The translations under genes were made by a program, and so were the position numbers. Below the pieces are notes generated by a model. The model saw only the letters and a program-made list of their open reading frames with translations. It searched no databases and was not told the origin of the DNA. 26,738 nucleotides of DNA from Octopus sinensis (Eukaryota), in contig NW_021834121.1 in the NCBI RefSeq assembly GCF_006345805.1, positions 1 to 26,738 on the forward strand. The letters are read 5' to 3'. Below, one piece after another: positions 1-8,852 of the stretch. Within the stretch, counting starts at the first letter, position 1. Every line of letters starts with the position of its first letter.

Positions 1-1
1 T

Positions 2-300
2 CGCATGTCCATAGTGACAACTCTTCTTTCAAGGCAGAGAAATTACTCGTTTCTCTATAATATTATTACAGGTAATGAATAATGGGCCTTTTATGACAAT
101 GTTCAACGCAAAAGGAATTAGATTGACAAGGATAAGTCTCCAAAACCTACCTCAAAGGCTGAGCTCCATGGAAGGAAGGTTGTGTTGTGTGTATGGTAGG
201 ATCACCACGGTATTATTTATTTTGTGCTTTTTATACTGCCATCAAGCTCTCAATGCCGACTTATACTCTCAACAACTGCAACGTGTACAAGAAAATCTTT
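2..300 (+). mobile_element. Degenerate mariner transposase fragment (catalytic-domain start)
   Basis: Frame from nt 2 reads RMSIVTTLLSRQRNYSFLYNIITGNE*WAFYDNVQRKRN*IDKDKSPKPTSKAELHGRKVVLCVW*DHHGIIYFVLF, then after a frameshift NADLYSQQLQRVQENL. This matches the mariner motifs ITGDEKW..YDN, K.MLCVWWD..G.IY and Y..QL.RL. Contains stops and a frameshift. Confidence 0.85.
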
Positions 301-476
301 CAATAAATTCTGTTTGTCTCTCTGCATATCTCTCACTCTCTCTCTCTCTCTCTCTCTTCCCTTGTCATTTATTTCATTCCTTTTTACGCTCTGTACTCGA
401 CAAACGCTTCATTCTGAAGCATAAACATATTGAATTCTAACACCAAGTTATTAGTATCGCTATGGCTCAGTGAAAC

Positions 477-523
477 AATATATATATATATATTATATAT
501 ATATATATATATATAATATATAG

Positions 524-554
<31 letters not shown>

Positions 555-760
555 CACATATATGTATATATATATATAACATACACATATATTATATATA
601 TACATACACATATATGTATATATATATATACATACCATATATGTATTATTATATTATATATATATATATATAAAGAGAGAGAAACATACATACATACATA
701 CATACATACATACATACATACATAAAACATACTACATACATACATACATACATACACATA
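477..760. repeat. Compound (TA)n/(TACA)n microsatellite
   Basis: Directly visible dinucleotide and tetranucleotide tracts. Confidence 0.95.
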
Positions 761-1754
761 CTATAGGGTATGCACAATGAGGAGTTTTTACTGCATTTTT
801 GACTTTGAGGAGAAATATATTTGCTACGGTTGTTCACTACCTAACAAAAACTATATCAACAATGAAAATGATCTCTAAATGCATTAAAAACATTTTAATA
901 TAATCTGAACACCATTTCAGAAAATTATCGCCGTTTACTTTGAGCATATAAAAGAGAAATTTAGACGGGCAAAATGAGTAAGCCAAGATAAAATAAATTC
1001 GTCTTTTCAGTTCTCAAGAATTACATTTGAAAACAGACTCACATACATCAATATCCATCCAAAACGATCAGGAATATCATAAATGTAAAAAAAAAAACAA
1101 ATTAAAGATATCTGGGTCAAATGAAAGAAGGTTGTGAAAAAACGACACATATATGAAGCTAACGAAACTCGATTTAATCAAAAATTCTCAACATAAAATA
1201 TTCTTTATAGCTTCTTCACGATCTGCAGGAGTGGCTCTCTTGCCGATATATTCAAGCACCACGCAGTTAAGGAGAAGAAATTATTGAAATTAGTCATGAC
1301 TTATTTTTTGAAAATTGAAAATTATCAGTTTAGACATTAGTGAGGGGAAAAATTGACTTGGAATCCAACAGAGGGAGAATATTGATTGCTGAGCACCAAA
1401 AATTACCCAGATATTCTATTAGCAACCTCAATTAGGATCATGTCAAAGTTGAGGAAAACGTTCTTGACAAAAAAAAAAAAAAAGTATCCGTCACTTGACT
1501 ATGTTTAAAAACTCTCTCAACTTCAACAGCAACGACAACTACAAAATGATGACGCAATATTTGCAATGTAATGATTTCAAACAGGCAGGGGAAAATGACG
1601 AGAAATAAAAAATTACTCATTTTACCCCGGTTATTAATTTTGTTCTCCTATAGATATATATATGCTTATACAATAGACACACACACACATATTATATATA
1701 ATATAAATATATTACGTATATATTTTAATATTATATTATATATATATATATATA

Positions 1755-1804
<50 letters not shown>

Positions 1805-1835
1805 CTCACTCTGCTCAACATAAACATAACGACGT

Positions 1836-1874
1836 AAGAAATTTGAAAAGCTAAACGCGAAACCGGTCTTTCTT
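1836..1874 (+). ncRNA. Candidate variant or degenerate minimal type-I hammerhead ribozyme (U3:A8 core, GUC site)
   Basis: AAGAAA(1836-1841)-U-UUGAAAA-GC[UAAAC]GC-GAAA-CCGG-UC-UUUCUU(1869-1874). It has a 6-bp stem I, a 2-bp stem II, palindromic stem III ACCGGU and a GUC triplet. The core differs from CUGANGA at positions 3 and 8. Confidence 0.45.
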
Positions 1875-1993
1875 CTAAATTATGTCATTGTAAGAAAAAA
1901 AATTATAATATTCTTCAGACATATTGACTCAAATATATATTTTTTAACCTTTTAAAACAAAAGCCTTCTGTAGTTTTTTCACTTTTTACTATT

Positions 1994-2029
<36 letters not shown>

Positions 2030-2033
<4 letters not shown>

Positions 2034-2255
2034 AATTGCTGCGTGGAAGGTGTTTATAAGTTTTGTCAGTGAACAGGTCGCGGTCTCAAAGCGACGAAAA
2101 TATTTTGACAAATTTAATTTAAATGTTGAAGTGAATCTAACGGTTTTCGTGTCTTTCTTAAATGGCATATAAACACCTTCCACGCTGCAATTGTTTTTCG
2201 TTCCAGCACACGATCTCAGATCAATCCTCACTCGCTATGCAAGTACATCTCCGTA
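2030..2255 (+). mobile_element. Short (TA)n-flanked insert with 29-bp inverted repeats and an internal hammerhead-like motif (Penelope-like pLTR or retrozyme-type)
   Basis: Arms 2030-2058 and 2168-2196 are reverse complements (28/29). The hammerhead fold lies at 2062-2112. TA tracts flank both sides. Confidence 0.6.
2062..2112 (+). ncRNA. Candidate minimal type-I hammerhead ribozyme with G3:C8 core
   Basis: UUUGUCA(2062-2068)-GUGAACA-G-GUCGC[GGUCUCAAA]GCGAC-GAAA-AUAUU-U-UGACAAA(2106-2112). It has a 7-bp stem I, a 5-bp stem II, palindromic stem III AAUAUU and a UUU triplet. Confidence 0.6.
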
Positions 2256-2266
2256 ATATATATATA

Positions 2267-2330
2267 TTGATTGATTGATTGATTCCAGTTTCAGCTTATG
2301 AGCTGTGTGGCCATGCTGGGGCACCGCCAT
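2267..2330 (-). mobile_element. Isolated LINE/SINE 3' tail
   Basis: Minus strand reads ATGGCGGTGCCCCAGCATGGCCACACAGCTCATAAGCTGAAAC followed by (AATC)n. It shares the GGCGGTGCYCCAGCATGGCC motif with the LINE tail at 14232 and with the family-A SINE tails. Confidence 0.7.
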
Positions 2331-2464
2331 TTATATATATATATATATATAGATCTATATATATATATATAGATATATATAACACATACGATAACCGTTT
2401 AAAACCATAAATGTGAAACAAGGTGGAAAAAAGAGTACTCAAATACCAGGGGTAGAGTAATATG

Positions 2465-2532
2465 CTTTATTTAAAAGCACCAGATATTCAACAAAACAGG
2501 TTTTGTTGAATTTCTGCTGCTTTTTAATAAAG
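2465..2532. repeat. 33-bp-arm fold-back hairpin abutting a (TA)n tract
   Basis: 2465-2497 versus 2500-2532 pair at 30/33 positions around a 2-nt loop. Confidence 0.9.
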
Positions 2533-2560
2533 TATATATATATATATATATAATATATAC

Positions 2561-2610
<50 letters not shown>

Positions 2611-2689
2611 GTGTGTGTGTGTGTGTGTTTGTGTGTTTGTGTGTCTGTGTGTTTGTGTGTCTGTGTGTTTGTGTGTATATGTGTGTATG

Positions 2690-2893
2690 TGTTTATGTGT
2701 CTACGTCCCCACAACATCGCTTGACAACCCATGCTGCTGTGTTTACGTCCCCCGTAAATTAGCGGTGCGGCAAAAAGAGTCCGATAGAGTAAATACTAGG
2801 CCTACAAAGAATAAGTCCTGTGGTCGATTTACTCGACTGAAGGCGCTGCTCCGGCATGGCCGCAGTCAAATGAGTGAATAAAATAAAAGAATA
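2690..2893 (+). mobile_element. SINE family A, 3' half
   Basis: CATCGCTTGACAACC...GTTTACGTCCCC...GGCAAAAAGAG...GGTCGATT...GGCGCTGCTCCGGCATGGCCGCAGTCAAATGA. Homologous to the copies at 12850-13249, 13255-13633, 20122-20460 and 26272-26450. Confidence 0.9.
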
Positions 2894-3234
2894 TATATAT
2901 AAATGCATAAATACATAAATATCAAATGCATAAATACCTAAATGCATATTTAGAACTTAATTTGACAGCCAGCTTCCTGAAGATTTCATCTGAATGAAAC
3001 AGTTCTAGTCCTGTAGAAGCTCCTTCTATAAAATAAATATATATATCATAATTACAATTCACCTGCCGACGGCGTGGCAACGAGTATTATATATATATAT
3101 ATATATTTGATTATATATAAGTAAAAATATAGGTATATATTATAATTCACCTGCCGACGGCGTGGCTACAGACGTTTATGCTTATGATCTCTGATCTCAG
3201 CTGTTTTTTCTATTAAAGCAGCTGCAGCGGCGGT

Positions 3235-3265
3235 GGTAGCAGCAGCAGCAGCAGTAGTTGTAGTT

Positions 3266-3299
<34 letters not shown>

Positions 3300-3378
3300 C
3301 AGCAGCAGTAGTGTTGGTGTTGGTGGTGGTAGTAGTAGTGGTAGTAGTAGTAGCAGCAGCAGCAGCGGCAGTAAGAGT

Positions 3379-3446
<68 letters not shown>

Positions 3447-4110
3447 CCATTTCTGACTGCATTAATTCTATTATTATAGTTGTTGTTCTTGTTGAGTCTT
3501 GTAATATTGCAACTGATATCATTCGCAATATTGCTATTGTCACGGTTGCGGCTGTTCTTGTTACTATTGCGAGTGTTGCGACTGTTGTTGTTGCTGCAGT
3601 CTGTTGTAGCTTTTGCGAATGCTGTTATCGCTATTGATGTTGTTGCGACTATTGTTGTTGCTGCTGTTGCTAACGCGACTGTTGTTGTTGTTGCTATGGT
3701 TGTTGTTGCTGTTGTGATTTTTGTGACTGATGTTACTATTGCGAACTTTGCGACTAATCTTGCTATCATTACTGTTCTGCTGCTGTTGCTAATGTTTTAG
3801 CTCTTCTTCTTCTTCTTCTTCTTCTTCTTCTTCTTCTTCTTCGTCTTCTTCTTCTTCTTCTTCTTCTTCTTCTTCTTCTTCTTCTTCTTCTTCTTCTTCT
3901 TCTTCTTCTTCTTCTTCTTCTTCTTCTTCTTCGTCTTCTTCTTCACCATTGTCAACATCACCATAATCATCATCATTGTCGTTGTCGTCATCTTTGTCAT
4001 CATCATCTCATCATCACCGTAATTGTTATCATCATCGTCCGCTTATCGTTATCGGCACCGTCGTCGTCCTCATCGTCATCGTCCTCATCGTCATCAACAT
4101 CATCACCCCC
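3235..4110. repeat. Compound trinucleotide array (AGC/AGT/GTT-GCT/TTC/ATC-GTC), including a ~145-bp (TTC)n tract at about 3801-3945
   Basis: Directly visible. It explains the poly-T/A/V/K/Y ORFs in the track. Confidence 0.95.
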
Positions 4111-4501
4111 TATATCTACGATACTTTGATAGAGATTTGTTGTTGGGTGTGGCTGAATCAATTATCTGTGTGTGAGTTATACAGAAATGCAGAAAACGTA
4201 CATATACGTTTACGCACGCAAACACACACACGTACACGCAGACACACACACACACACACACACACAACACACACACACACACACACAAACAAACACACAC
4301 AACACACACACACACACTCACGTATGAGCGCACACTGTTATGCAATGAATATTTTGGAGAGTATGTGCATATATATATTTATATAGTATGTATGCGTATA
4401 TATGTATGATGAGTTTGACGTGTTTGATAAGTGCTAACACACAAAACTTACGGCCCTCGAGCCACTTTGTTGCTTCTGCTAAAAATTAAAAAAAATATGT
4501 A

Positions 4502-5335
4502 CAAAGGGGTACTCATAAGAAACCGGAATTTTGCAATATTTTATTTACTTAGTCTTATGCGTTTAGACTTTTATTGCCTTCAAAGTTTCTCCATTTGAAG
4601 TAATGCATCAGTTCACTATTCGAAGCAGTGTTGGAACTTTTGCGAAGTGATGCCTTTTAACGTCTCCATAGTTTTTTCTTCACCTCTTCAACATCTGAAA
4701 ATTCCGTAGCACTAACTTTCATCACCAGTGATGACCTTCGAAGAAAGGTCCATATTAACTTCCAACTGTTCTTTCAGTTCACGACACGCATTCAGTCGTG
4801 ACTGCTTATAATCTTCCGTGAGCAAGCGAGGTACACATTTAGCTGCGACTCTTTTCAGTCGCAATTCCTCGTTCAAAATTCGTTGGCAGGAGCTCCAGGA
4901 CACACCAGTTATATCAGCAAGTTCGTCAATTGTTCGGCGACGGTCCTCCAATATCAGTTCATGAATTTTCGTGATGTTTTCATTCGTTCGGGAGGTCGAA
5001 GGTCGCCCCGAATGAGATTGGTTTTCAAGCGACTAGTGACCATTCCTAAAGTGTAGAAGCCACTCGTAAACTTGTGTTTTGCACATGGAGCACACTTGTA
5101 ACCTGTTTGAAGCATGATAACTATTTCGACCGCCGTTTTCCCCAGCAGAAACCAAAATTTCACAGAAGTATGCCGTTCCTTTGTTTCAGCCATCGCAAAA
5201 ATCGACGAACATGGAAGAAGCACAGCAAAACAAAGACGCATCATGTAGCAGTGCAACGTTACTGAACGATGCCTGAGGGTTGCATCAAATGGCAGCAGAA
5301 GCCTGAGATACAACGCATTTGTCCTGCAGAGAACA
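4502..5335 (-). mobile_element. Internally deleted mariner element (transposase pseudogene)
   Basis: MAETKERHTSVKFWFLLGKTAVE... and MEDRRRTIDELADITGVSWSSCQRILNEELRLKRVAAKCVPRLLTEDYKQSRLNACRELKEQLEVNMDLSSKVITGDES*CYG, joined at about 4703 directly to the C-terminal FSDVEEVKKK...LKGITSQKFQHCFE. A TIR-like 3' end lies at 4502-4530 next to a TA. The 5' TIR is not seen. Confidence 0.92.
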
Positions 5336-5374
5336 TTATATATATATATATATATTATATATATATATATATAT

Positions 5375-5410
<36 letters not shown>

Positions 5411-5412
<2 letters not shown>

Positions 5413-5770
5413 CGGGAAAGCTTTATGAAAATAAACAAAAGACGAAGGCAGGTGGAAAACAAACGAAAATTGTATTAGTATGGCGCTCAGGAAATATAAA
5501 TAAAACAAGTCTTTAACGTTTCGAGCCTACGCTCTTCAACAGAAAGATCACAGAGAGAGAAAAACACAGAAAGAAGGAGAGAAAAAAAATGCGTGCAGTA
5601 GCTAACGAATCAACATGGCGATCTGATTTCGGCCAGAGGTCAAAGATCAAACATGAGACGCGAGAGCGAAATAGGGGAGATAATAGGGTTGATAAAAGAG
5701 TTGAGGGACCAGCTAAAAGTGCGTGGGAGGGGTCTGGATGTGTGTATGTATAGGGTTGGGGGTATGTATA
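5411..5770 (-). mobile_element. Hammerhead-bearing dispersed repeat, family P1 (Penelope-like pLTR-type)
   Basis: 5430-5590 is homologous to 14490-14650. It starts right after a (TA)n tract and carries the hammerhead motif at 5510-5547. Confidence 0.6.
5510..5547 (-). ncRNA. Candidate minimal hammerhead ribozyme, CUGUUGA (A6U) core
   Basis: UCUUU-CUGUUGA-A-GAGC[GUAG]GCUC-GAAAC-GUU-AAAGA. It has a perfect 5-bp stem I and 4-bp stem II and a loop-less palindromic stem III (AACGUU). Confidence 0.6.
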
Positions 5771-5784
5771 TATATTACTATATA

Positions 5785-5819
<35 letters not shown>

Positions 5820-5832
5820 AAATATAAATAAT

Positions 5833-6188
5833 ATATAAATATGTGCATATATACATACATATATGTACATACCTACGTATATATGTATATATATACATGC
5901 ATATATGAGTACAGAACATCAAAAAAACGTTGACCATAATGAGTTGACCCTGTAGATGAAACAAGGACAACTGATGAAGGGGAATATTCTTTATGTTTTA
6001 CGTCTCGTTTCTCTGTTTTTTTCGTTGTTCGAAAAAAAGTTCGTTTTCTATGATTTTGTTTTTATGTTTTCGTTTCTCATTGTGTTCGACGTTTTTTTTT
6101 ATTCCTGTACCCATATATTCATGTATATATACATATATATGTAGGTATGTACATATATGTATATGTATATATGCTTATATTTATATAT
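5833..6188. repeat. ~110-bp imperfect inverted repeat with ~130-bp spacer, between (TA)n tracts
   Basis: 5833-5943 versus 6076-6188 align as reverse complements, including the non-microsatellite parts (GTACAG...AAAAAAACGT...AATGAG versus CTCATT...ACGTTTTTTT...CTGTAC). Confidence 0.8.
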
Positions 6189-6271
6189 TATTTATATTAT
6201 TATATGATCGAACGCCACGCATCCTTTTCCAAGTAAGTTAGTTATAACCTTATATATATTATATATATATA

Positions 6272-6313
<42 letters not shown>

Positions 6314-6402
6314 CATAATATTTACATAATATTTACATAATATTGAGGTCTCTTCTTTCTTTTGTTATCTTACCGTTTTATCAATATATATATATATATA
6401 AA

Positions 6403-6597
6403 GTGAATCCAAACATGAAAACACAAAGAGAAAACACAACAGCGCGAGGACGTGGAACACGTATAGTATTATTTGACGCTCAGGAAAGAAGGAGGAAAGA
6501 AGGAGGGCTTAACGTTTCGAGCGGAGCTCTTCGTCAGGAACATAGGAAAAGGAAAGATCCAATGAAGGGAAGACGGAGGAAAAAAATCGCCAACGGT

Positions 6598-6600
<3 letters not shown>
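6403..6600 (-). mobile_element. Hammerhead-bearing dispersed repeat, family P2
   Basis: Clear homolog of 10342-10535 (AATCCAAACATGAAA...GCGAGGACGTGGAACA...GACGCTCAGGAAAGAAGG...AACGTTTCGAGCGGAGCTCTTCGTC...AATCGCCAACGGTA). Flanked by TA tracts. Confidence 0.7.
6507..6541 (-). ncRNA. Candidate minimal hammerhead ribozyme, canonical core, damaged stem I
   Basis: GUUC-CUGACGA-A-GAGC[UCC]GCUC-GAAAC-GUU-AAGC. The core is intact, but the first stem I pair is a C/A mismatch. Confidence 0.55.
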
Positions 6601-6635
<35 letters not shown>

Positions 6636-6639
<4 letters not shown>

Positions 6640-6860
6640 CGAGCTGGTAGAACCGTCAACACGCCGAGCAAAATGCTTAGTGGCAGTTAGTTCGTCTTCG
6701 TTCTTTACATACATTTCAAATTTTGGCATAAGGCCAGCAATTTCGAGGAAGAGGATAAGTCGATTACATCGCCCAGTGTTCAACTGGTACTTATTTTATC
6801 AACCTTGAAAGGATGAAAGGCAAATCAACCTTCGGCTTAATTTGAACTCAGAACGTAAAC
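6636..6860. mobile_element. SINE family B fragments: head on + (6636-6710) joined to body and tail on - (6716-6860)
   Basis: GGCGAGCTGGTAGAACCGTCAACACGCCGAGCAAAATGCTTAG on +. On -, TTACGTTCTGAGTTCAAAT...TTTGCCTTTCATCCTTT...AAGTACCAGTTGA. Both match the copies at 17928, 19637 and 23769. Confidence 0.8.
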
Positions 6861-6870
6861 ACGTACGAGA

Positions 6871-6986
6871 TACATACATACATACATACATACATACATG
6901 CATGCATGCATGCATACATACATACATACATACATACATACATACATACATACATACACATACATACATACATACATACATACATA
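6871..6986. repeat. (TACA)n microsatellite
   Basis: Directly visible. Confidence 0.95.
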
Positions 6987-7072
6987 CCGTGTAAATATAT
7001 ACTCAGAAAATTGTACCTTGAATTTAGTGTTCATACTATCTCCGTTTTCCGTATGTGTAAGCCCCCGACACA

Positions 7073-7388
7073 TTTTTTTTCTGTTTTGTTTGCTCCTTCT
7101 CGAGCCATGCCTGGCTCATAAGGGCCGGTTTCCCGGTTTCCTTGGCGTATAGGTTCCCCACCTGGACGGGACGCCAGTCTGTCGCAGGTAAGCTGCAAGA
7201 TGCAGGAGGAAAGAGTGAGAGAAAGTTGTGGCAAAAAAGTCGGCAGAAATTCGCCATTACTTTCTGCCGGAGCCGCGTGGAGCTTAGGTGTTTCGCTCAT
7301 AAACACACACATCGCCCGGTCTGAGATTCGAACCCGCGATTCCTCGACCGCGAGTCCGCTGCTCTAACCACTAGGCCATGTGCCTCCA
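7073..7388 (-). mobile_element. Full-length tRNA-derived SINE, family C
   Basis: Minus-strand head GGAGGCACATGGCCTAGTGGTTAGAGCAGCGGAC...GGGTTCGAATCTC carries Pol III A and B boxes. The body has CCTGCGACAGACTGGCGTCCCGTCCAGG and ends in an A-rich tail. Confidence 0.88.
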
Positions 7389-7759
7389 CTCCCCGATACT
7401 CTGATGAAAGACAGTTGCCTCAGGCTCCATACTGTGGGTTCGAACCCAGAGCAACATCCATCTATAACCTACAACCATGCCGGCGCCTACGTGTGTTGTG
7501 TGTGGGAACTGTTGCTGTAGTGTAAATGTGTATGTATATATGTATTGCTGATGGCATTATCGTTGTATTCGTTTGCGTTGTATGTATGTTTACGTTGCTT
7601 CCTATGTCTCACTGTCTATGTACGTATGAGAGAATGTGAGAATCTACGTAATGGCTTTCATTTAATAAAAGAAATTTAGCAAAAAATAACTTTAAACAGG
7701 AAATGTAGTCCTCTATATTCCAAAGCTATTAATGATAAAGTCGACCACTTAAAGGATTA

Positions 7760-7777
7760 TCATTATTATTATTATTA

Positions 7778-7865
<88 letters not shown>

Positions 7866-7875
7866 TATTATTATA
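7760..7875. repeat. (ATT)n/(ATC)n microsatellite
   Basis: Directly visible. Confidence 0.95.
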
Positions 7876-8367
7876 TGAAAGCAGCTCAATGCAAAGTCTC
7901 CCCCACACAATCTATCTATCACTTAAAAAAAAATTGGAGGAATTAATCAAATATTAATTTTATATTTTAATGATGTCGACAGAAATATATGATGTTTACT
8001 GAATAAGGCTTAATTTGTAAGATTCCTCAAAATACGTGATTACAATAAGCTTAAATAGGAAGGGAAAAAAATCTAGGAAAATATGTTTATTATCGACTGT
8101 CTTTTCACAATTGCATAAAGAGCATACACTAACACTCACATCTATATATATATATATATATATTTATATGTATGTATGCATGTATGTATGTATGTATGTA
8201 TGTATGTATGTATGTATGTATGTATGTATGTATGTATGTTATGTCATTATTCAGTTTATTTCAAGATTTCTTGCCAATAGAAAAAGAAGCGGTTTCTAAC
8301 CTAGATCCAAGGCCGTATGTATGTGCATCCAGGTACCCGTATATGTATGTGTGTATGTGCACACACA

Positions 8368-8420
<53 letters not shown>

Positions 8421-8654
8421 ATATGTATACGTACTTTGATATGTAGACACACATATCTATATCTACACACTCTCACGCGCGTACACGCATACACACAGAA
8501 GGTAATTAGACACGCCCTTCACAAAGTACATTATAATTATCCTTTCTGGAGTAATTTTTACGAAAAGTGCTCAACAAACTTTTCAGGAAGTCATATTTGG
8601 GGCTATGACGCGTACATAACAGTAAAACAATATTCATATAGAACTCAAACACGC

Positions 8655-8852
8655 GCCTCGTTCCTCCAGTTTCAGGCGATTCCTCTGTTTGGTCATGATT
8701 GCGTTTGCATGGCTGAAACCAGCTTTCATCATGTAAGAGCTGGGAAATGCTAGAAGGGATGATTCACTTATTTTCTTATTGTACCAAAAGTCACTCAGAC
8801 TTCTGATCTCAAAAAGGGCTTTCGCCGCAATATCGACACTCAAATCAGACAG
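8655..8852 (-). mobile_element. hAT (Charlie/Buster, SCAND3/ZBED-like) transposase C-terminal dimerisation-domain remnant
   Basis: LSDLSVDIAAKALFEIRSLSDFW...LLAFPSSYMMKAGFSHANAIMTKQRNRLKLEERG matches the hAT C-terminal pattern L..FW...LL.FP.SY..E.GFS....I.TK.RNRL. Confidence 0.85.

Noticed and set aside
384-837. ORFs rich in YI/MYVC/HT repeats here and throughout the track (e.g. 2439-2881, 5513-6241, 6799-7152, 8036-8494, 14182-14975, 24010-24331)
   Set aside because: They are translations of (TA)n, (TACA)n, (CA)n and (GA)n microsatellites and SINEs, not genes.
3056-3166. Possible CRISPR-like repeat-spacer unit
   Set aside because: There are only two repeats, the spacer is microsatellite-like, the context is eukaryotic, and no cas genes are present.
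3166-4006. Mucin-like Thr/Ala-rich, poly-Val and poly-Lys ORFs
   Set aside because: All derive from trinucleotide arrays open in several frames on both strands, with no unique coding flanks.
5971-5977. CUGAUGA hammerhead core motif (also at 7401-7407 and 22793-22799)
   Set aside because: No stem II followed by GAAA and NUH in register.
7320-7388. tRNA gene candidates (also 13180-13249 and 15240-15313)
   Set aside because: A and B boxes are present, but there is no complete acceptor stem, and each continues into a SINE body and tail.
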